IMG/VR virus record: IMGVR_UViG_3300035703_000005
Location: 184,836 to 248,835 of that record
DNA length: 64,000 nucleotides
Direction: 5' to 3' (one strand)
Shown here in pieces: positions 55,245 to 64,000 of this stretch. Position 1 is the stretch's first letter, and every line of letters starts with the position of its first letter. The position numbers were made by a program, and so were the translations under genes. Below the pieces are notes generated by a model. That model was given only the letters and a program-made list of their open reading frames with translations, made no database searches and had not been told where the DNA came from.

Positions 55245-55522
55245 CAGAACTTTCCTCTTACATCTTTGAGTGCGTTGTTGTATCCTGCAAGAACATCAGA
55301 GTGATACTTATTCTCAATAGATTCTGGAATATTATCTTTGATCAAATCCATAACCCTATCAGTCAGTTTATCACAATCAATACCATATCCCACTTTCTTC
55401 CCAAGTTCTTCCCAAAGTTTATCATAAAAACTTTTAGGTTCTACTACTTTTTGATACTTTTCTCCGTGATAGTAAATATGATTATCATATTTGAGAATAA
55501 GAGAGGGGTCAATTTCAGTCAT
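55244..55522 (-). CDS. small protein, same family as 54507 and 62488
   Basis: GEKYQKVVEPK..AGYNNALKDV. Confidence 0.6.
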   Translation of the reverse strand: MTEIDPSLILKYDNHIYYHGEKYQKVVEPKSFYDKLWEELGKKVGYGIDCDKLTDRVMDLIKDNIPESIENKYHSDVLAGYNNALKDVRGKF

Positions 55523-56754
55523 TTGTGTAAAATACGAAGAGCGTTATAAAGGACTTTACCTTCTGGTGAGTATGCAGAAACATACTTATCCAGTTCATTT
55601 ACAAGTTCTTTGCACAGAGAACGATAGTCAACCTCATCATAATTCAGAGCATTGAGTGTTCGTTGCACAGTGATTTGTTCAAAACATTGCCCCAAGTCTA
55701 ACTCATTACCCTCAAAGTAGTCAATACCATCAGGACCATCCCACATCTTCCAATCATAAGTATTGGAAGTTAGATTATGATTGATTTCAATCTTCATTGT
55801 TTGTGAGTCCTACTTCAAGACCTTCAAATCTACCCATATTATAACCCATAACAAATGCGGAATGAACCCACTTATACATCAAATCCTTACGAGTATTCAC
55901 ATCTTCTACTTCACAATCACCGAAAAAATATTCACTACGAAGTGCAAAACCACCATTAAGGTCATTAAACCATTCCTGAAATGCTTCTTCAATTGTATCA
56001 TCAAAGTCCCAATCGTTTGCTGGATGTTTCATAGATCTAATGGTTGTTGATTGTTTTTCTTCCATTGTTCCTTCCAAGTGATCCATTTTTCTACACCTGT
56101 TTCTTGTTGCCCAGTCCAATGTTGCCCGTTTTCATCAATCGCATCAAGATAATGAACACCAGTCTTCGGGCAGATGACTCTGGATACTTGTGCGAATTTT
56201 ACTCTTTCAGTCATTTTCTTTCATACAAGGGTATTCAAACTTTTCACCAATACATTCTAACATAGTGCGGGCAAAGGTAATCTCACCATAAGCACAACCA
56301 TCTTCAAAGGCATCATCATAATTACCAGCACTTGGAGTATAATCATCTCCAAATAGACCTTCATAGCAGTGTTTTACCTCTGCGTATTCTTTGAGAACCT
56401 TGAGAAGAAGTGTGAGTTTTTCTTCGGTAGTCATTTCAATTCTCCATAAGAAAGTGTTTTGATTTCTTCTACAGTCAAGGTTTTGACATAACCACGAGGA
56501 TACTCATTATCATAAGCATTAAAGACAAAAACAGGAATGTTTCGTTCTTTACAGATTTGTTTGAACTTGTCTTCATTCAGTTCAAACTTACCAACATACT
56601 CAACATATGGATACATATCCCAAGATGCTACAAGTCCTCCTGTATAATAACCCCACTCAAACTCATCAAGTTCTTGAATGATGTTTTCTACCTCTTGAAT
56701 GTTCTCTGGATTAGTGTAGATGCGTCCGTATCCTTTGTATGTGAAGGCAGTCAT
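55519..56754 (-). other. run of small early genes (55519-55797, 55787-~56074, 56029-56214, 56207-56434, 56431-56754)
   Basis: Tiling minus-strand ORFs, most starting ATGAC. Confidence 0.65.
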
Positions 56755-56937
56755 TCCAAAATACCAAAAGCATAAAGTTGTCGTTCAATCCTTTGACTTG
56801 GTGTTCCAGTAAAGGCACCAACAAGTTCAGGATTTAGAGTATCAAGTTTAACAGCAAGTTCCCAACACTTCTCAAGTTCTTCTTGATAATCTTTGAGAAG
56901 TTCTTCTTGTTCAGTCATCAGGTTTCTGTGTGTATGA

Positions 56938-56998
56938 GAGTATTATAAGGCATCCACAGGGTTTATGGAGTGTCCTTGTGCCAGTTCTTCAAGTGTCC
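56938..56998 (-). promoter_or_regulatory. class B early promoter cassette
   Basis: GAGTATTATA ... GTGCCAGTTCTTCAAGTGTCC. Confidence 0.8.
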
Positions 56999-57921
56999 TT
57001 CAGTCCAATCAGTTTAGCAAATTCAGGAGTAATAGTGAGGTTTTGTTCTCTTACAAGATTACGAACTTCTTTACGAAGATTTATCCACTTGTTGTAGTAA
57101 TCTTGTGATGCTTTTTGTGCTCTGTTTTTAGCATCAAAGTCGCACTGGTGTTCGTAGGTTCTACTTTCGTAGTATCTCATTTAAGTTGCTCCAGAACACC
57201 AATAAAAGTATCAATACAATCTTTGGGAATGTGAAAAGGTTCCCCTGTTTTAGTTTCTTCAACTCCGTGAGTTGTGTATTGATTAATCTCTATAAGACCT
57301 TCACCATCATCAGTAAATTGGTAGAACCAACCATCTTCGTGGTGAATACGGATTTCTTGTGTGATTTGGTAAGTCATTTCAGTTCCTCAAAATTGGTGTT
57401 TAATTTCTTCTTCTGTTGCTATCTCCACAATAGGATAACTCATATCTTCATAATCATACAAGTCAAAATCCTTAATTAGGTTTGCGACAACATTATCGCA
57501 CAGATAATCAGCAAAAATTCCTGGGTCAAGTTCTCCATCATCTGTAAGCATCTCATCATCCCTATGCTTTTCAGGGTCAAACCTCACATAAAAAGTTACT
57601 TTATAACCTTTTAGATTTTCCAAAGCATCCTTTACCTTCTGTTGTTCCTTATGCTTTTGGATTTGAAGTTCAAGTTCGTTGAGTTGGTCTTCGGTCAGTT
57701 GTGTAAGGTCAATCATTTCAGTTCTTAAAGAGTTTGTAGATGGCATCAGCAATAGCAAGTGCTTCTTCTTTTTCCATAGTAATGTGAGTATGTCGTTTTC
57801 CATCTTGCCAATAAGAAATAGTGCAACCATCATCACTGGTGACAATATTTGAGTCTTCAACTGTGTAATACCATTCCTCATCAGGAAGAATGTTGATGCA
57901 GGTGCTGGTGTCAATTGCCAT
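56989..57921 (-). other. run of small early genes (56989-57180, 57177-57377, 57387-57716, 57718-57921)
   Basis: Tiling minus-strand ORFs between two class B promoters. Confidence 0.65.
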
Positions 57922-57942
57922 TTGGAGTTCCTTTGTCTATGA

Positions 57943-58003
57943 GAGTATTATAAGGCAAAAAGGGGTCTTGTGGAGACCCCCTGTGCCAGTTCTTCAAGTG
58001 TCA
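57943..58003 (-). promoter_or_regulatory. class B early promoter cassette with stem-loop
   Basis: TATAAT; GGGGTCT/AGACCCC hairpin; TGTGCCAGTTCTTCAAGTGTCA. Confidence 0.8.
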
Positions 58004-58188
58004 TTCAGGTTCTCCAAAGCATCAATAAAATATTCTACACAATCTTTAGGAATACGAAATTCTGTTGTTTTTGAAAGTAGTTGTTCAAAATAAACAATCT
58101 TTACAAAATCTACCTCTTCCCAAAATTGAAAACTCCAACCTTCTTCTTCATTTTGAATGATTTGTTGTTTTTTGATGTTGTATTTCAT
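57994..58188 (-). CDS. small protein (paralog of 57177-57377)
   Basis: EGWSFQF..FRIPKDCVEYFIDALE vs DGWFYQF..FHIPKDCIDTFIGVLE. Confidence 0.65.
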   Translation of the reverse strand: MKYNIKKQQIIQNEEEGWSFQFWEEVDFVKIVYFEQLLSKTTEFRIPKDCVEYFIDALENLNDT

Positions 58189-58315
58189 TTAGTTTTTACA
58201 CCTCTTCTTCTATCGTGTTCGGCAACTCTTGCCTTATCAACATTTCTACCCCAAATATCATATCTTTGTGTTTGAATGAACTTTTTGTTCCTTTCATCTT
58301 TCTTTTCAAATCTGT

Positions 58316-58507
58316 TCATTTCAATTCCTCAATAAGTTCATCACGCATTTGTTTGAGATTGTCTCCTGCCCAAATGTCAAGAGTTTTGTCGGCAAGTTTA
58401 ACTGCTTCCCAAAGTTTAGGATAGTTCCTCCAATCTACTACATCCTCATCAAGAGCAATCAGCAACTCAAGAATACAGAGTTTATGAAGTTTAAGAAAAT
58501 CAGTCAT
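58316..58507 (-). CDS. small early protein
   Basis: MTDFLKLHKLCILELL; first gene after the promoter. Confidence 0.6.
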   Translation of the reverse strand: MTDFLKLHKLCILELLIALDEDVVDWRNYPKLWEAVKLADKTLDIWAGDNLKQMRDELIEELK

Positions 58508-58524
58508 CGGTTTGATGTGTATGA

Positions 58525-58585
58525 GAGTATCATACCACTCCCAGAACCCCACAGAGCATCCCCTGTGCCAGTTTAGAAAGTGTCC
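58525..58585 (-). promoter_or_regulatory. class B early promoter cassette
   Basis: TATGAT; TGTGCCAGTTTAGAAAGTGTCC. Confidence 0.75.
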
Positions 58586-60007
58586 TCACCGAAGTTCCTA
58601 TAAATCACATCCATCCATATCTTATCAAAATATTTCCTGTCTTCATCAGTAATCATATTTGCTCTCATATACTCTTCAAGGGTGATTTTATTATCATCCA
58701 AGTATTTTTGGAGTTCTTCAATTGTTAACATAAACCTCAAAAAATATTTTTGTTCCACCCATAAGCATAACATCGTGTTCTATACTCACACTTCCTACCT
58801 TTGCTTTTCCTTGTTTGATTTTATCTGCGACTTGTAGAAAAGTTTTCTCCGTATCGTGAATATCGTGAGTTAGAAAATTTGATGCCTTTGTAATACCTGT
58901 GGTTGATGTTGCTACTGATGGACTTGTAAGATTGGATGCGACTGATGTGTTTGAACTCCATTTTTTGAATGCTTCATCAACTTCTGATACTGTTCGTTCA
59001 AACTCATCTGCTTTTATGACTTTTGGTTTTTCTTTCTTTCCGTAGAGTTCTTCATATTTTTGTATTAGTGGATTGGAACTACTCATAATTATCACACTCC
59101 AAAATAATATCACAACCTTCGTTTCGTAAGTTCAACGACCATACAGATTTTACCACATTGGATAGATTATTACCAACACTCATCCACACCTCACAATCCT
59201 CACCATACTCATTTGTATCAGGAAGAACACTCAAGATTTCTTTGAGTTGCCGAATGGTGAGTGCGTCAGTTGTGAATGGTTGGTTTCTTATATCAGTCAT
59301 TTCTTACACCGATGTAATGGAACACGAAGAAACTGAAAAAACCTTCCAATATATCCTATCTGTGCTCCACATTTTTGACAACAATACGATGGGTAGGTCA
59401 TCCTTCAACATCTCCACTCACTACAATAGGTTCTACATCACCACAGACAACTTCTGCTTTCATTTGTTCCATAATAATAGACACCTTATCCATAACTCTT
59501 TCTCTGGTTTCTTGTGTCCAAATACTATTTCCCACAACATTTAAACTTTTATAGAGAGTGTTATGAATTACCATAAGGTCTGCTGCTGATAGTTTAGTCA
59601 TTTTTCTACCTTTCGTGGGTCTTTACCTTTATGCCAAATAGTATGAAGTTCATCAACACGATTTTCCCAAATCATAGTATCTACAATGTATTCATATGGG
59701 TTTTCATAAGTATCTTCATACACTTCTCTAATGAAGATAGATTTATTTACCGATTGGGGGTATTTCATTTCTCATATTCCCCTAATTTATAAAATGCTCT
59801 AAAACCTTTAGCAAGAGCACCTTCTGGTAAGTCCCGATAATCTGGGTCATAATATTGAACCATTCCCAAAATTGCGGTTGCTGTTTCTACTGGGTCTGGG
59901 ATTTCTCCACTCCATTTTACAAGAGACCCACCATCTCCACCAATATGTTCTAAAAGATGAACCATTACTTTTTCCCAAGAATTATTAGGCAAATCACTGA
60001 ACTTCAT
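58573..60007 (-). other. run of small early genes (58573-~58731, 58718-59086, 59079-59300, 59398-59601, 59765-60007)
   Basis: Tiling minus-strand ORFs. Confidence 0.6.
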
Positions 60008-60026
60008 AGGGTTTCTTTGTATATAA

Positions 60027-60088
60027 GAGTATTATACACCAAAGGGCACCAGATTTCAAGTGCCCGTGTTCCAGTTTGGTAAGTGCCC
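60027..60088 (-). promoter_or_regulatory. class B early promoter cassette with stem-loop
   Basis: TATAAT 60036-60031; GGGCAC/GTGCCC hairpin; GTTCCAGTTTGGTAAGTGCCC. Confidence 0.75.
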
Positions 60089-60867
60089 TATGCTATTCTG
60101 CGTCTATTACTCTTGGATGTATCTATTCCTTTTCCTTTTTGATAAGAAACTACACCAGCAGCAGTTGATACATAACCAGTTATACAACATTCCCATCTTT
60201 GTGCGTTTATAATCTTTGAAGAAATAGCACCACCTTTTTTAGCATTTTCTACCAACTGCTCTGTTGTTAGTGCGAATATACCGACCTTATTTTCTTTATT
60301 TTTAGCAGAAACCTTCTTTCCATTTTCACTTCTTTGTTCGGCAGACAATCCAAAAAGTCCAGTTCCATTTTTCCTATTTACTTCTGCTGCCTTTTTACCA
60401 TTTTCTCTTCTTTCTTCTGTTGTTTGTGCGAATATAGCAGTTTTATTTTTCATATTATTGTGTGCTATTTTCTTACCATTTTCACTCATTTGTTCTTTTG
60501 TTAGAGTGAATATTCCTAAACCAAGTTCTCTATTTCTTTTACCAATTCTCTTACCAGTTTTCCTTCTAATAGAAAGAGAAACTTTTCCCCCACAACTTTC
60601 ATTCAAGCACCATTTATCAGTATTATAAACAGGTCTAATCAATCTTGTTTCAACTTCTTGTGCTTCTATCCAACCTTCATCACTAAACTGAAAGAGTTGA
60701 AGTATCTGCTTCTTTGGAGTATAAAGTTCCCAACACCATTTATGAGTTACTGGAGAACCACAATAATCTTCGTTGAAGTATTTTTCCTTATGAACCCCAT
60801 AGTAGTAATAGGGCACTTCTTCAAAGGTAATTTTATACAAGTATATTCTTGGACTTTGTGAAGTCAT
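60088..60867 (-). mobile_element. free-standing GIY-YIG (Seg-like) homing endonuclease gene
   Basis: IYLYKITF..YYYGVH..YCGS N-terminal nuclease pattern; four ~25-aa repeats (e.g. GIFTLTKEQMSENGKK); own late promoter. Confidence 0.8.
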
Positions 60868-60883
60868 AGTTCTGCTTCTAAAT

Positions 60884-60956
60884 TGTGTTCGCAATACTAT
60901 TTATACAAGAAAAGGTGCCCGAAGACACCTTTTCCACTCTTATGGATGCGAACACA
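60884..60956 (-). promoter_or_regulatory. late promoter TATAAATA embedded in a double hairpin
   Basis: TATAAATA 60905-60898; outer arms 60884-60893/60947-60956; inner arms 60910-60917/60926-60933. Confidence 0.75.
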
Positions 60957-60967
60957 TTAGAGCATTA

Positions 60968-61495
60968 TTATTTATCATCAATCCACTTGAACCCTAAAAG
61001 TTTATCAGCACAAAATCTAATCAAAAAATTCGGTTTATAAGGCATATAAAACCTCAAATAACCATTACCGATTGTATAATAACCTTTGTGTTTATTTCCT
61101 TGTTTAATTATAAAACCGGAAGTAAAATTATTTGTTCCAAGAGAAGTGCTATAAGTTAGTATAGATTTTTGTGGAAATTGTCCGTTCTTCTTCGCATACT
61201 CAAAGTCCTCAATAATTCTATCAAACTTTCGATTGTAATAATACTCTTGATGACATTTGAGTTGTGCGAACTTGTATTCTACATCCTCAATTAGTTTATC
61301 AATCTTCTCATCAAACTCTTGTGAGATTTCTTCTAATGACTTGGGTGGTTCTGGAATATCAAGATAAGGTTTGATTACATCAAAATACTCATAATTTTCT
61401 GTGTAATAAAAAGCACCACAAACATAAGGAAGAATACTTTGAGGTGCTTTTTTGAGTTTCTTTGGGTTGAGTTTGTATCCTATTTTTTCAGTCAT
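60968..61495 (-). CDS. hypothetical early protein
   Basis: 175 aa; MTEKIGYKLNPKKL...KPNFLIRFCADKLLGFKWID. Confidence 0.6.
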   Translation of the reverse strand: MTEKIGYKLNPKKLKKAPQSILPYVCGAFYYTENYEYFDVIKPYLDIPEPPKSLEEISQEFDEKIDKLIEDVEYKFAQLKCHQEYYYNRKFDRIIEDFEYAKKNGQFPQKSILTYSTSLGTNNFTSGFIIKQGNKHKGYYTIGNGYLRFYMPYKPNFLIRFCADKLLGFKWIDDK

Positions 61496-62354
61496 TTGTA
61501 ATCTTCAATATAATTTTGATAGTCAAAATCTGCCTTATCAAACTTCAAAGGTTCTGGAACATAAGGAATAGTAAAATACTTTTTGAGAAGTTCATACTGT
61601 TCGTTAGTTTCACTCGAATTAGCAACCAAGTTCATACACTCAAAGACATTTCGCACATCTTCAAGAGTTTGAATTTTACTTACATCAAGTTTGTGATTTA
61701 ATCTTTCAGTCATTTTTTTCTATCCATAAGGTATTCAAGTAGTCCCAAAAACATAGAACCTCCCATATAAACAAGCATAACAATCATAAGAAACTCAATC
61801 ATCTTTCAAATACTCCTCATCAATCAGAATAATAGTATCAAAAGGTTGTTCGCATCCCAATACACAATAAGAACCAAACTTATTCATCAAGTCCCACATT
61901 ACAAACTCACAGTATCCATTTTCATCTTCCTTTGGTGGAGTATAAGGAAACTTATCCAATTTACCGTGAGAGTTCCAAAAATCTTCCCAGAGTTTCTTAT
62001 GAAGTTCTTTACCGAACTTTGTAAGTTTGACTTTGACTGGGTAGTTGATGTTAAAGGATTTCATTACCACTCCAACTCCACATAAATGCACCACCCCAAA
62101 TAATCGGGAAGATTATCTTTCAGGTATTCTACCATATATTCCTGCAATTCGTAAACAGTTGGAGAGCATTCATCAATCGTAATACCATACAACAAATCCT
62201 CATCGTGAATACTATACTTCACCCATACATCAGAAACTCTCACACTGGCATAATTTACACCAGCAAATCTTTCTGTGGAGTTCTTGTGAAGTTCAAGTGC
62301 TTTTGTGGCAACCTCTTGAATTTGGAATAGATTATCTTTGATGGTGTCGTTCAT
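61492..62354 (-). other. small early genes (61492-61713, 61795-62064, 62064-62354)
   Basis: Tiling minus-strand ORFs; TAGAAT -10 at 62394-62389. Confidence 0.6.
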
Positions 62355-62487
62355 TTGTGATGATAATCCCAAATCTGTTGTTCCACCAATTCTAACACAT
62401 CAGGGGGCACATAGGAAGTATCTGTGGTTTTTGGAAGTTTTGCGACTTCCTCACAGATAAGTTCCAGTTCCATTAGGGTATAGTCAA

Positions 62488-62844
62488 TCATTTGAGGTTC
62501 TCTTTTAGATATTGAAGACAATCATTCCATCCTTGATTATATCCCATCTCATCTTCTTCATATTCTAACTCATCAGGCAACCATTTGGCAAAAATATTAC
62601 AGATGCCTTCAGCACCAACAATACCAAAAGAATTGAAATACTCAAGAAGTGTCTGTGGTTTTGGTTCTTCTACTCGTTGATACTTTACACCACCGATTTC
62701 AATAATGTCAGGGAGTTGTTGATTAGTCATTTGTGATTTCCTATAAAGACAATATTCTGGTTCAAAACATCCACCTTGAGTTGCGTTGGTTTCTACATCT
62801 ACTGGTGCATAACAGAACCCACAATCCCAGTATTTACATTTCAT
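62488..62844 (-). CDS. early protein, N-terminal Cys motif plus WLP-x-E family domain
   Basis: CKYWDCGFCY..CFEPEYC; GGVKYQRVEEPK..KWLPDE..GWNDCLQYLK. Confidence 0.65.
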   Translation of the reverse strand: MKCKYWDCGFCYAPVDVETNATQGGCFEPEYCLYRKSQMTNQQLPDIIEIGGVKYQRVEEPKPQTLLEYFNSFGIVGAEGICNIFAKWLPDELEYEEDEMGYNQGWNDCLQYLKENLK

Positions 62845-63283
62845 TTTGTCCCATCACAATAGATATGAGGATAACTGTCAGGATAACTTGCAGGTGGTTT
62901 TGAGATTACGGGAGAAACACAAGGAATTGTTTGAGAAGGAGTGAGGGGAGTATAAGGAGAACCAATATACATGCTATATGGAGATTTACTCAAATACTCT
63001 TCAATAATATTACAAGACCATCCATCCTCATAGAATTGCTTACCATAGAAAACAGCATCTTCCTTATTTGGAAAGGAAGCAACATAAGTGTCGTTGTGAT
63101 AGAGTGAATAAACTTTCATAATCAATCAGTAGTTTTAGAAGAACTAAAAGTCGTGTGAAGCAAAACGGCAAGAAATAAAAACCATCCCCAACCAGCAATT
63201 CCGTGAAAAGCAAGAATAATTGCTCCAATCACACAGGCAATAGAAGACAGATTAGCAAGAAGTAGAATAAGTGCGTGGTTCAT
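62841..63283 (-). other. two small genes (62841-63125; 63122-63283 membrane peptide)
   Basis: Tiling ORFs; the second is hydrophobic with GWGWFLF. Confidence 0.6.
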
Positions 63284-63300
63284 CGGTTTTATGTTTGTAA

Positions 63301-63362
63301 GGTTATTATACGACAAAGGGCACCTGATTTCAAGTTCCCTTGTGACGGTTCTTCAAGTGTCC
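63301..63362 (-). promoter_or_regulatory. class B early promoter cassette with stem-loop
   Basis: TATAAT; AAGGGCAC/GTTCCCTT; GTGACGGTTCTTCAAGTGTCC. Confidence 0.8.
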
Positions 63363-63646
63363 TTACCAAACTCCTTTTTGAGTTGTTCATATTGTTTACG
63401 ACGATTTTCTTTTTGTTGCTCTTCTTGTTTCACTCTCTTTTCATACTCTTCATCATTTTCAAGACGGGTTTTGTAGACATAGTAGTCTTTTCCTCCATTC
63501 CCATAATCATAATCATAATCAATACCTTCCCAACCCTCTTTTTTGCACCTTTGGAGTGTGGAAATGATTTTGTCTATTGAACCATAAAACTCACCATAGT
63601 AACAAAAATCTTTGCTTTCTTTGATTGTAATGCGTTCAGCAGTCAT
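63353..63646 (-). CDS. small early protein
   Basis: 97 aa; RLENDEEYEKRVKQEE..RRKQYEQLKKEFG. Confidence 0.65.
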   Translation of the reverse strand: MTAERITIKESKDFCYYGEFYGSIDKIISTLQRCKKEGWEGIDYDYDYGNGGKDYYVYKTRLENDEEYEKRVKQEEQQKENRRKQYEQLKKEFGKDT

Positions 63647-63666
63647 CAGTCCTCTGTGTGTATAGA

Positions 63667-63727
63667 AGTATTATACGACAAAAGGCACCTGATTTCAAGT
63701 GCCCTTGTGCCAATTTAGTAAGTGTCC
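63667..63727 (-). promoter_or_regulatory. class B early promoter cassette with stem-loop
   Basis: Near-identical to the 63301 and 60027 copies (GGCACCTGATTTCAAGTGCCC; GTGCCAATTTAGTAAGTGTCC). Confidence 0.8.
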
Positions 63728-63925
63728 TTATTGTCCAAACTTATTGTAAAGAAACACTCTTCCACCTCCCGCAGGAACAGTAACCGCAATATCATATCCC
63801 AGTTTAATAATAATATTTGCCAGATTGCTTCCGTGACTTTTAGCACTAAGAAAAGTATGAGGATAATGGTCAATAAACTCCACACTCTTACCAGGATTTT
63901 CAAGTGCTTCTGTGATTGCTTTCAT
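63728..63925 (-). CDS. small early protein
   Basis: 65-aa ORF ending at the cassette boundary. Confidence 0.5.
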   Translation of the reverse strand: MKAITEALENPGKSVEFIDHYPHTFLSAKSHGSNLANIIIKLGYDIAVTVPAGGGRVFLYNKFGQ

Positions 63926-64000
63926 ATAGAGAGCAGTGGTTCGTCCAGTTCCTCTGGTTGTTGCGTATTCGTATTTTGAGATAACATCATCTATTTCTGG

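Noticed and set aside
1-64000. tRNA, rRNA, photosynthesis AMGs (psbA, hli), reverse transcriptase/DGR, integrase, alternative genetic code
   Set aside because: No T-loop/acceptor patterns or such protein motifs were seen by eye, and the long ORFs read cleanly in the standard code. A tRNAscan-SE run would be the decisive check for tRNAs.

Overview
A 64-kb segment of a T4-like cyanobacterial myovirus (Kyanoviridae-type cyanophage). Essentially all protein genes are on the minus strand. Positions 1-28,730 are an AT-rich late/structural block: virion proteins, a 2501-aa DUF4815/VrlC-type protein, baseplate gp8, a 4262-aa gp7-like wedge protein, gp6, gp25 and conserved cyanophage hypotheticals, with T4-type late promoters. 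Positions ~29,000-64,000 are the early 'hyperplastic' region of about 100 small genes, organised as about 21 repeated promoter cassettes that share a two-box operator (GGACAS-N8-CTGKCACA). The operator lies in opposite orientations in two promoter classes. The junction between the blocks (29,660-30,250) is non-coding. It holds six perfect cyanobacterial-type DnaA boxes (TTTTCCACA) in two triplets, divergent consensus sigma70 promoters, and a plus-strand ~128-nt structured RNA with its own terminator located between the triplets. This is the strongest candidate for an undescribed system: an oriC/DARS/datA-like element in a phage family not expected to need host DnaA. Other notable items are a frameshift-split SF2 helicase, a GIY-YIG homing endonuclease under late-promoter/hairpin control, a late-expressed internal-head-like protein stranded in the early region, pilin-like mini-proteins, and a ParB/HNH-like/Cys-His-Asp gene cluster. 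No tRNA, rRNA or CRISPR array was seen. All assignments were made by eye; no database searches were run.
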